A DNA stretch of 64,000 bases from NCBI RefSeq assembly GCF_006345805.1, contig NC_043010.1:20150001-20214000 (forward strand), read 5' to 3'. The position numbers and the translations under genes are program-made. The DNA is from Octopus sinensis. Lineage: Eukaryota. The notes under the pieces are model-generated. The model was not told the origin of the DNA. It saw only the letters and a list, made by a program, of their open reading frames with translations, and did not search any database. This document shows positions 53,343-64,000 of this stretch, piece after piece. Position 1 is the first letter of the stretch, and each line of letters opens with the position of its first letter.

Positions 53343-53636
53343 TATGCTTCAGCACATGAACTCATATAAAGAATCTTGCAAACCAAATCCCCAAACGAAA
53401 TACTTTAGTGGTCTTTTGTTGTAAATTCTTCATTGGTTCTACACAATGGTAGGTTGGTCAGCAACGTGGGAAGACAGAAAAGACGAAACTAATAATTTAT
53501 TTTAGTTTTTATATATTTTCAAAAATTTTTATTAATATAGGCGTGGCACATTGGGCAAGTGTCTTCTACTATAGCCCCAGGCTGACCAAAACCTTGTGAG
53601 TGGATTTGGTAGATGGAAACTGAAAAAAGCCCATTG

Positions 53637-53668
<32 letters not shown>

Positions 53669-55492
53669 TATATATATGTGTATATATATATATGTGTGTG
53701 TGTTTGTATGTCTGTGTTTGTCTCCTCACCATCACTTGACAGTCGATGTTGGTGTGTTTACATCCCCATGACTTAGTGGTTCAGCAAAAGACACCGATAG
53801 AAGTACCATGCTTACAAAGAATAAGTTCTGGGGTCAATTTGTTTGACTAAAGGCGATGCTCCAGTATGGCCACAGTCAAATGACTGAAATGAGTAAAAGA
53901 GTAGGCATGAGCATAGCTGTGTGGTAAGAAGCTTGCTTTCCAACCACATTGTTCTGGGTTCAGTCCCACTGCATGTTACCTTGGGCTAATGTCCTCTGCT
54001 ATAGCTTCAGGCCGACCATAGACTTGTGAATGAATTTGGTAGATGGAAACTAAAAGAAGCCTGTCATGTGTGTGTGTAAGAGAGAGTGTGTATGTGTTTG
54101 TCCTCCACCACAGCATGATACCTGGTATTGGTGTGTCTACATTCACACAACTTAGCAGTTTGGCAAAAGAGATTGATAGAATAAGTGCCAGGCTTAAAAA
54201 AAAAAGTCTTGGGGTCGATACATTTCACTAAAAATTCTTCAAGGTGGTACCCCAGCTTGGCCACAGTCTAGAGACTGAAATAAGTAAAAGAAATAAATGA
54301 AAGAGATGAAAGAAATTAATCTGCGTCTTTTATATTTACCTGTGAACAAATATTTATTTCTCGGAAATATTCATCAGAGAAGGAATGCAATAATAAAATG
54401 TCTTCTTGTAGGGATTCTTAAAAATGTCCTTTGTAGTTATTGAAATGGAAGAAATAGCTGAGTTAGAATAGCTGCATGTAGACAAACAATGTGTGAGCAA
54501 TTTGTCTTTACAACCCAAGGCCGATGCTGTTTGTTGGTCACAACACGTGTTTTTAGGTAAAGAAAAGTAGAAGTCAAGATATCATCTCATTGAGCAAAAC
54601 AGCATAGCTCTATGTGGATTGCTGGTTGGTTTGGGTCTAGGGTTGAATTCACCAGTTTTTTATAACTGTAAGGAAAAATTTCTAGAACTTTCGATCAAGC
54701 TTTGTTGTAGAAAAACTCACACATTTCCTTTGAAGTCCACTTCTGTAACAAATGAGACTGGTTGGTGGCTTGACCAATACACTCTGTAAAGTGATTGGTG
54801 TTAAGAAGGGTATTCAGCTGTAGAAACCAAACCAAAACAGACCACGAGAGCCTAGTGCAGCTCTCTGGTTTGTTAGCTCTGGTCAACCCATCCGACCCAT
54901 ACCAGCATTGAAAATGGACATCAATTGAAGATGATGACAATGATGATAAAAAGCAGTGTATTTTAATAGAAAGATGGTAACCAAAATGGACGTATTAAAT
55001 GGAATAATACTATAATAGATTTTTCTAAAGACATTATAAGAGGCGTAGGAGTGGCTGTGTGGTAAGTAGCTTGCTTACAAACCACATGGTTCCAGGTTCA
55101 GTCCCAGTGCGTGGCACCTTGGGCAAGTGTCTTCTACTATAGCCTCAGGCCGACCAAAGCCTTGTGAGTGGGTTTGGTAGACGGAAACTGAAAAAAGCCT
55201 GTCGTATAGATGTATACATATATGTATATGTGTATACATGTTTGTGTGTCTGTGTTTGTTCCCCAACATGCTGGTGTGTTTATATCCCAGTAACTTAGCA
55301 GTTCGGCAAAAGAGACTGATAGAATAAGTACTAGGCTTACAAAGAATAAGTCCTGGGGTTGATTTGCTCGACTAAAAAGGCAGTGCTCCAGCATGGCCAC
55401 AGTCAAATGACTGAAACAAGTAAAAGAGAGAGTATACTGATGCAGCAGATACATTCTAAAGTTTGGGTCAATGATGATATTTCTTCACAAAC

Positions 55493-55696
55493 CTTGAGCT
55501 TCACCAGGTGAATATTGTCCACGTCCACGAAGTTCTTTTATAAGTCCACCAAAACTCTTCTCAAAAGGGTACTTCCCGCTAAAATCAAAGAACAATTTTG
55601 CTCCAAGCATGGTACCAAGCCAACCATCTGGATTGTATTTTTTCTGCATCATCATTGGAATGTAGTCTTTACGTAATCGAAATGTGTATTCAGCTT
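55493..55696 (-). CDS. TIR-SAM gene exon, TIR C-terminal half: (E)AEYTFRLRKDYIPMMMQKKYNPDGWLGTMLGAKLFFDFSGKYPFEKSFGGLIKELRGRG...
   Basis: Acceptor cattttag and donor gtttgt; 204 bp, phase 1 to 1. IP.....Y.PDGWLG...G...F.DFS is typical of invertebrate TIR_2 proteins. Confidence 0.9.
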
Positions 55697-56940
55697 CTAA
55701 AATGATTTAAAGACAAAGAAAAGCAATTAAATTCTTTTAAATGTTGCGGAAAAGTAATGAAGTAAAAATCCTTAATGAGTAAAAATGAGAAAAACCATAA
55801 CATTTTTCTTCTGGTTTTGTCAAGAAGTTGATGCTGCCTGTGATAATCGCTATCACTTAATCCCTTAGCAAAGTACTTTATTGCATGTAATGCTTATTAA
55901 TACACATTGTTTCAGTTAATCCTGCATTATCTCATAGCTTTGAGATTTTGATGAGGTGAGTGGTTATTTTTAGAATGACAGTGTAGGGTAGGTGTGAGAA
56001 ACCCGATCTGGCCAGTTTGGATATAAAATGGCTAGAATATTCGGGCCGGATATGGCAGGTTTAAATGCTGAAGGATTAATGTGTCATTTTAATTTAATAC
56101 ATAAGGCCAGGTGGGGAGCTGACAGAATTGTTAGCACATCTCACATCTGGCAAAATGCTCAGTGGGATTTCACCCGTATTTACATCCTGAATTCAAATAC
56201 TCCAGGGATCAACTGACTTCCATCCTTTCAGAGTTGAGAAAAGTACCAGTTGAACATTGGGGTGGATATAACTGACTTAGCATGTCCCCTGAAATAGCTG
56301 GCCTTGTGCCTAAATTCAAAAGCAATTTAGGCAGAAAGCTTGCAGTTTATAGGGGCAGGGTTAGTTGATATCATTGTCTAACCCCACCCTTCAAATTTCT
56401 GCAACTTAATTCTTAGCCAGAATCAGCAAAACTTACATATGTGAGAAGGCTGTACCTTTTGAATCACAGATACAACCCACCTGTTGGGCTTCAGTACAGT
56501 TTCTGTCTACCCTTGCAGGCCACACCTCAGCATTGCTGCACACAATTAATTGAAACCACTAAAATATATGATGATGATGATGACCATCATCATATGGTGT
56601 GCTGGTGCCACATAAAAAGCAATCAAGCTTGTGTCACATATACAGCATCCCCCCAATGGTGTCACATGTAAAGCATTGGTGCTGGTGCCATATAAAAAGC
56701 ACCCAACACTCTCTGTAAAATGGTTGGCATTAGGAAGGGCATCAAGCTGTTGAAACCAGGCCAGAAATGGAACCTGGTGTGGCTTCTGGCCTTGCCAGCT
56801 TCTGTCAGAACATCCAACCTATACCAGCATGGAAAACAAACATTAAATCATGATGATGATGATGATGATGATTATGGTGTGTTCTGTTATTTTCCTGTCA
56901 GCTATAGTATATCTTATATGCTATGATTTTCACTTCTCAC

Positions 56941-57082
56941 CTGTACGGCAGCTAGGGCTTTGTTTGTATTTCTCAGACATGCAAATTAAAACAACAGCAG
57001 CGTTTTCTATACCACTAGCCATGGCTTGTAAGTTCGAAGGCCCCATACAGTCAACATCTATCCATAACTGGTAACCTTCTTC
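56941..57082 (-). CDS. TIR-SAM gene exon, TIR core: EEGYQLWIDVDCMGPSNLQAMASGIENAAVVLICMSEKYKQSPSCRT
   Basis: Acceptor ttttctttcag and donor gtgaga; 142 bp, phase 0 to 1. Clear TIR_2 pattern. Upstream exons were not found and probably lie beyond 64000. Confidence 0.92.
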
Positions 57083-57549
57083 CTGAAAGAAAAGAGAAGT
57101 TAGAATATCAAGAAATACATTGACTGATTATGTACGTTAGAATCTTCTGACTTTCATCTAGAATCGTAGCAGACTTCTTGGTGTTACCATAAAGCATTTA
57201 TATACAATTTCCCCCTCTTTGCAAAGAATGGTTTTTCTTGAAACTTCAATATTCTTGTCTCCCCATGGTAGCTGAACATAATCCAGCCAGTGTTCAGCTG
57301 ACATTAGTGAAGCACATATTGTCACAAATATTCAGGTTGTGTGATCACAAATTCCTCCTTTGTTCTCACCGGTGCCAGAAATACTAAACCTGATCATGGT
57401 GCACTCTCTTTCAGTCCTAAGTGACGTGTAGCTGTATGCATATTCCATACAACAGGTGTATATATATATGTGTGTGTGTATGTGTGTGTATATATGTGTG
57501 TGTATGTGTGTATATGTATATATATATTTATATATATATATATATATAT

Positions 57550-57830
57550 AGTGAGAATTTACAAAATACAAAAGATGAAGACGGATGTGTAAACAACAGA
57601 CAGATGTATTAGTTTAACGTTCAAGAAGTGAGAAAGTCTTTTACGTTTCGAGCCTACACTCTTCCACAGAAAGGAACACAGAAATAAAGAGGGAGAGAAA
57701 ATATAAAAGGTTTAGTGGCTATCAATCTATCATGGTGAATGCCGGACAGAGGAGTCACACAGGAGAGCTAGGAAAAAGGGGAGATAATAAAGTGGTGGTG
57801 ATCCCAAAACGAAGGTGTGCGTGCGTGTGT
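57550..57830 (-). mobile_element. Repeat family C, copy 3 (HHR-like motif 57638-57673)
   Basis: cuuu CUGUGGA a gagu-guag-gcuc GAAAC GUA aaag; the best-preserved copy. Confidence 0.7.
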
Positions 57831-58089
57831 ATGTGAGAGCATGTATGTGCATGTGGATGGGGCTGGTGACCTTGACCTATGTATGTATAAGAGAAATGGA
57901 GACAAAAGCACAAGATGTTATTTAAGTCAATTATATCACTGTCATCTATGTTTTGATGGATACATTAAAATTAATTTGGGAAGAAAAATAAGGTGGAATA
58001 ATATCTTAAAGTGCTTTTGTGACATTTTGTTACTCTGGTAACTATTTCTCTGGATCTTTCCTTGAAAATTTAACACACACACACACAGA

Positions 58090-58123
<34 letters not shown>

Positions 58124-58966
58124 AGTAATTGAATGAATTATCTTATTAAGGATAATTCGAAAGATAACCGATACCTGGGTGGCAAATTCACATCAGAAAG
58201 AACACGGTTGAAGCTACGTCCCTAGGGCATAGACTACGTGTCTTTGTGCGGAAATTTGTATGTTTATTTTAAAATTATAAGTATATGAAAGAATGGAGTT
58301 GAACGACTAGTTAACAAATATCCTTTATTCTCGACATGTCTCGAAGGCTGCATATTCCTAATTCCGAAGGAATGAGTACATTATGCAGATTTCTCATCAA
58401 GGAACTTATGTCGACATCAAAATGCACAAAAAACCTTTAGCTGACCGCTCTCAAGGAGCCCATGGCGATAATGAGTGTCTCTTTATAATGAGTGACCTCA
58501 GAGTGGCTGAATGTAGAAGAATCTAGAAGTTTCTAAAGGTTCAAGAGTTCAAACGAAGTAGGAGGAGGGAGGCATAAGAATAGTAAGGTGAGAGAGTGCA
58601 GGTCAAAAGAATGGTGGGTTTAAATGATTTCTTTTGTGAATGAGTGCCTGTGTGTGTGACTGTATATAACTGTCTTAATGTGTGTATGTGTGTGTCTGAA
58701 TGCGTGATTGTGTTTGTGGATGGGTAGATGTCAGAAAACTGACAGCTGTGAGGTGAAAGGTCTATGTCTGTGTGTTCAATTATGTTTACTGTAGAGAAAG
58801 GAAAGTAGATAGCGAAAGGGAGAAAGAATCGGGCGAGGTGAGAGGCAACGCAAGAATGGATAGTAGTAATTGGGAATATAAGAAAATCTTTTTGAATATT
58901 GGGGTGGAATATAGCAAAAAAATTTTTTTTTTGGAAATCGAGCGGTTATCTATATTAGTCATATAT

Positions 58967-59960
58967 TTATATGAGTGAAAGGTGTGTCTTTTCCAGTGTA
59001 AACACCTGTAGGATCTTTCGACGATTATGTTTATTAAAGGGCCTTTGGCGAACAAAATATGAAAAAAGTTCGGAATTACAGATGCCACAAAATTTTCTGC
59101 CTTTATCAAACGGGAAGGATACCGACAAAATGGACCATTCGAGCTTGAATGTAGTGTTATTGTTCTTCAGACGCCAGACTAATTTGCTTAGCCCTGTGTT
59201 GTGTTGCTTTCTCTTATGTCTGAAAGTGGAATAATGGTTGGAGATCCTTTGGGCTAATTTAGAAGAGGTTTCGCCAATATAGAAGTAAACATCGGTTCCA
59301 GAAGAGATTTTGCATTGGTAAGTGGTGTTTCTAATTTTGGAATTTTTGGATAAGAACTTTAATCTGTTGGGGTTGGTTTCCAATACTAAGACAGAGTTTT
59401 TATTGTTGTGATAGGTGTAAAAATTGTTGCTGGCTTTGGCCACAATACTATTCATCTTATTATCATTACTATTAGTTGTAATATCGTCGGCAAATTCCCT
59501 GGCTATAGGAATGCTGCGATTGTTATCATCAATAATATAATTGTTATTAAGAATGCTGGTACTATTAACACTAACACCACCATTGTTAATACTCTGGCTA
59601 ATGTTATTATCATTATTACTATTGCTAACGCTAATGCTGCTATGAATGTTGCTAATATCTATACTACTTCTATTATTATTATTATTGTATGTTACGTTGG
59701 AATGGGTAAGGGCGGTGTCATTACTCATGGGTGGAGAGATCCTATTTAGCAACTTATTATTGTGGGAAGCTATTATCTGCGAAAGATTTTTAGTATTTGA
59801 GAATGCTATTCTTACTTTATGCGAATTTATAGTGGAGTAGTATCTAGAATTCCTAGGAAAATTCTTAGTAACGGCTTCACGGAATTGTAAAGGGAGATTA
59901 GACATGATTTGTCTCCTGAAAGGAATCACAAACCAGATATAGTTTTTTTTGTTCTTGGAA
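58967..59960 (-). pseudogene. Penelope-like ORF C-terminus: RT thumb, Asn-rich linker and GIY-YIG endonuclease
   Basis: YIWFVIPF...NFP...VRIAFSNTKNLSQIIASHNNKLL, then TTYQCKI...FYIGETSSKLAQRISNH...TGLSKLVWRLK...W.IL...CGICNSE. A frameshift in the A-run near 59062 moves the end (FHILFAKGPLINIIVERSYRCLHWKRH) to another frame. Confidence 0.9.
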
Positions 59961-60683
59961 TGGCTGAGAGTGTTGACATTTACATTAAAAGGTATATTTC
60001 TGTGTTGTAGAATGGGTTTAGGTTTACGCTGGCCTCCCCTTTAATAAACACAATCGTCGAAAGATCCTACAGGTGTTTACACTGGAAAAGACACACCTTT
60101 CACTCATATAAATAGTGACTAATATAGATAACCCCTCGATTTCCAAAAAAAAAAAAAAATTTTTGCTATATTTCACCCCAATATTCAAAAAGATTTTCTT
60201 ATATTCCCAATTACTACTATCCATTCTTGCTTTGCCTCTCACCTCGCCCGATTCTTTCTCCCTTTCGCTATCTACTTTCCTTTCTCTACAGTAAACATAA
60301 TTGAACACACAGACATAGACCTTTCACCTCACAGCTGTCAGTTTTCTGACATCTACCCATCCACAAACACAATCACGCATTCAGACACACACATACACAC
60401 ATTAAGACAGTTATATACAGTCACACACACAGGCACTCATTCACAAAAGAAATCATTTAAACCCACCATTCTTTTGACCTGCACTCTCTCACCTTACTAT
60501 TCTTATGCCTCCCTCCTCCTACTTCGTTTGAACTCTTGAACCTGTAGAAACTTCTAGATTCTTCTACATTCAGCCACTCTGACATCACTCATTATAAAGA
60601 GACACTCATTATCGCCATGGGCTCCTTGAGAGTGGTCAGCTAAAAGTTTTTTGTGCATTTTGAAGTCGACATAAGTTCCTTGA

Positions 60684-60766
60684 TTTTCCTGATGAGAAAT
60701 CTGCATAATGTACTCCTTATTCCTTCGGAATTAAGAATATGCAGCCTTCGAAACATATGTTGAGAA
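60684..60766 (+). ncRNA. Type I hammerhead ribozyme motif in the pseudo-LTR (damaged mirror copy 58328-58400, - strand)
   Basis: uuuuc CUGAUGA gaa-au-cugcaua...uaugcag-cc-uuc GAAAC AUAU GUU gagaa, with palindromic stem III ACAUAUGU. The mirror copy has GUC at the cleavage site but also GAGAC and a 10-bp deletion removing stem I and C3. Confidence 0.85.
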
Positions 60767-60844
60767 TAAAGGATATTTGTTAACTAGTCGTTCAACTCCA
60801 TTCTTTCATATACTTATATATATATATATATATATATATACATG

Positions 60845-61827
60845 CGAGGTCTGATCAATAAGTATCTAGATGGTTGCTATAGTAACAAAGCTAAAGCACA
60901 CAGAGTAAAGCCACTTGGCAGAGATTGACCTTGAACTCCTGCTGTGCATGCAAACTAAGTCTTGACATTCTAGCTCACTTCTGTTGTACACAGCAGTGCT
61001 TGGTAGGAAGGTGTGTAACGTGTGATCATCACATTGACCATGACAGAGAAAGTTGTCATTTTGGGATTACCACTACTTTATTATCTCTCCTTTTTTCTAG
61101 TTCTCCTATGTGACTCCTCTGTCCGGCATTCACCATGATAGATTGCTAGCCACTAAAAGAGGTCTGCACAAAGTTGCAGAGAGTGTATGGAGAGGAGTGT
61201 ATGAGTTGCACACAAGTGTACGAGTAGTTGAAACGTTTCCAAGATGGACCCCAAAAAATGTTGATATTAATGAACACTCTGGGAGACTGGCAACCAGCAG
61301 TAATGAAAAAAAACATCACAGATGTGCATGCAGCTGTGAGAGGAAATCATCAAATCACCATCCTTGAGTTATCAGAGGATGTGCAGATTAGTTACGGTTC
61401 AGTTCAGTCCATTATCACTGAAGATTTGGGTATGAGTCGTGTGTCTGCCAAGTTTCTGCCAAGACTGCTTTCAGCTGACCAAAAAGACACTCAGATTTCA
61501 GTTGCACAAGATCTCCTTGATTGCGTCAAGAATGATGAAAACTTTTCGATAGCTTTGCGTAGGCCTCTGAGCAGGTATCGCCAAGCTTTTGGCAAAATTC
61601 GATGCAGATTCTCTGCTCAACTTTCTCTGTCATGGTCAATGTGATGATCATACGCTACACACCTTCCTTCCAATCACTGCTGTAAACAGCAAAAGTGAAA
61701 TAGAATATTAAAACTTAGTGCACATGTACTTTAGTGTTTAAGGTCATTCTTTGCCAAGTGGATTCACACTGCATGCTTTAGCTTCATTACTATGGTAACA
61801 GTCCGGATACTTATTGATCAGACCTCA
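60845..61827 (+). mobile_element. Mariner-derived element with long (~200-bp) TIRs and a transposase N-terminal remnant
   Basis: Ends cgaggtctgatcaataagtatc...gatacttattgatcagacctca. Remnant ITILELSEDVQISYGSVQSIITEDLGMSRVSAKFLPRLLSADQK (61228-61644). Confidence 0.88.
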
Positions 61828-61993
61828 TATATATAGTCCACTCTGTTGAGTGGTTGGTGTTAGGAAGGGCATCCAGCTGTAGAAATCCAGCCAAAACAGT
61901 CACAGAAGTCTGGTACTGCCTGGCTACCTCCTGTCAAACTGTCCCACCCATGCCAGCTTGGAAGGCAGACATTAAACGATGATGATGAAAATG

Positions 61994-62029
<36 letters not shown>

Positions 62030-62460
62030 TCTTTTACTTGTTTCAGTCATTTGACTGGCCATTCTGGAGCACCACCTTTAGTCAAGCAAATCGACCCCAG
62101 GACTTATTCTTTGGGAGCCTAATACTTATTTTATTGGTCTCTTTTGCCAAACCGCTGTCAAGCGATGTTGGGGGGGGGGGACAAACACAGATACACAAAC
62201 ATATACACACACACATACACATATATATATACATATATACGACAGGCTTCACAAGGCTTTGGTCAGCCCGAGGCTATAGTAGAAGACACTTGCCTAAGGT
62301 GCCACACAATGGGACTGAACCTGGAACCATGTGGTTGGTAAGCAAGCTACTTACCACACAGTCACTCCTGTGCCTATAAAAAAATGATGAACAACCTTAA
62401 TTGATTTTTGAACCTTATTGGGTTCTTGTCAGAGGAGTCTGCATCATTCTGACAGTCTCC

Positions 62461-62512
<52 letters not shown>

Positions 62513-64000
62513 TCTTTTCTTTTATTCTTTTATTTGTTTCAGTCATTTGACTGCAGCCATGCTGGAGCACCGCCTTTAGTTGAGCAAATCGACCCCAGGA
62601 CTTATTCTTTGTAAGCCTAGTACTTATTCTATCAGACTCTCTTGCCGAACCGCTAAGTGACGGGGACATAAACACAACAGCATCGGTTGTCAAGCAATGT
62701 TGGGGGGACAAACACAGGCACACAAAAATATACATACATATATACATATATACATAAAATGAAATGAAAACACAACACGGGGTGCCTTATTCTTCAGTCA
62801 AACAATGAGAGACAAAGTGATTTTATATATATACATATATATATATATATACACATACATACATACATATATATTGCATAATCATAGTTTATGATGTGCA
62901 TAGGTAGGACTCCATAAATAATAATATAGATAAAATAATTCCTGTCTGCCATATGAAGTATAAAATAGGTTTGTTTGCTTGTCTTTTTTCTTTCTTTTCT
63001 TATTATTAGTAGCTCGTGTCTTAATGCTCTGTACATTAAACAATATTTCTCACATGATGGAGTACTTGTTTTGTTGATCTTATCTTTACATTTTACTTGT
63101 TTCAGTCATTTGACTGTGGCCATGCTGTATAATTTATTTTTGAAAAACATAGCGTAGAAGTGCTCAAGTCGAACCCGAGGCGCTAGACAAGTATAATAGA
63201 TACAATAGAAAAGGCTCAAATCCGGCAGACTATGATTAACACATAGATATACGGGTTGCATTAGGATAAAATAAGAATTGTCCAATGTGAAACATATATT
63301 GATATATTAGAAGTATAAAAATATATGAATACTAAGAATATACGTGGACATCTAGTTATATAGATATGTAAGCATAGTAATAACAGAAAATAGATAAAAA
63401 TAATAATGGAATATAGAAAACTCAAATAATAATAATGGAATATAGAAAAAGACGTTTTTAAAAATTCAAAATATGATATAGAGACAGCAATAGGCATGAA
63501 AAAAGTTTTGGGTAACAGGTTGGAGGAAAATAAGGTGTTCTGAAGATCATTTCAGGGGTACATTTGTCCAGATTACATATGAATCTTAAGAACCATTTCC
63601 ACAGAATGCCCCCATCATCATATGCACACAAACACACAGATACACATATAAACATATATATATACAGGCACATATATACATATCTATGTCCCTGTGACCT
63701 AGGGGTTCAGCAAAAGAGATCGATAGAATAAGTACCAGGCTTAAATAAAAAAAGGAAGTAAGTACTGGGTAACGGGGTCGAGTTGTTCAACTAAAACACT
63801 CCTCAAAGCAGTGCCCCAGCATGGCCGCAGTCCAATGACTGAAACAAGTCAGGTATGAAAGTTAAAAGACATGCCCATATATACCTGTCACTTCACCTTA
63901 ACATATATACACCTATATAGATGTTCTTATCAAGGGTGAAATTATTTAAAGGTGAATGAGCTAGTTGTGTTGTTGCATATATTTATCTATATCTGTCTGT

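Larger units (their letters stand above)
58121..60818 (-). mobile_element. 5'-truncated Penelope-like element with an inverted pseudo-LTR
   Basis: ~770-bp inverted arms (58276-59041 and 60037-60818) surround a core encoding the RT C-terminus and a GIY-YIG endonuclease. Unique 3' tail 58121-58275. Both ends abut (TA)n. The arms carry an HHR motif. Confidence 0.92.

Noticed and set aside
54345-54382. CUGAUGA followed by a stem on the - strand (similar isolated boxes at 27907, 29570 and 62791)
   Set aside because: There is no properly placed GAAA-stem III-UH or stem I, so these are consistent with chance.
57130-57420. Candidate upstream exon of the TIR gene
   Set aside because: It has stops in all three - strand frames and no TIR N-terminal (ISY.W) motif. 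Probably a decayed TE fragment.
58772-60308. Paired ORFs MFNYVYCRERKVDSE... on opposite strands
   Set aside because: These are antisense readings of the two pseudo-LTR arms, not independent genes.
14541-63673. Dozens of short ORFs rich in YI, CV and HT repeats, or ending in RRHLPKVP...[12 protein letters not shown]
   Set aside because: These are translations of (TA)n/(TG)n microsatellites and of SINE family A, not genes.

Overview
AT-rich eukaryotic DNA, dense in repeats and (TA)n microsatellites. The SINE families suggest a coleoid cephalopod, probably Octopus (inference). Two host genes can be supported. The first is a + strand type II membrane GT-A (GT2-like) glycosyltransferase whose CDS lies in one exon (13156-14175). 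The second is the 3' part of a - strand gene missed by the ORF track: five phase-consistent exons (57082 down to 40954) encoding a TIR domain followed by a SAM-like domain, with a Glu at the position of the TIR catalytic residue. The rest is transposable elements: a decayed Ty3/Gypsy, CR1/L2-group and L1/Tx1 LINEs, Tc1, mariner, pogo, hAT and piggyBac elements and MITEs, Helitrons, and many tRNA-derived SINEs. The most striking hidden layer is a set of minimal type I hammerhead ribozyme (HHR) motifs from at least seven sequence-unrelated families. Each follows CUGANGA...GAAAC-palindromic stem III-GUH. One lies in the inverted pseudo-LTRs of a Penelope-like GIY-YIG element (58121-60818). The others lie in short non-coding inserts, several of which fold back on themselves and mostly sit in (TA)n tracts. 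These include a tRNA-headed SINE-like element carrying an HHR and a three-copy family with a consistent non-canonical core (CUGUNGA). All calls were made by eye; no database search or folding was run.
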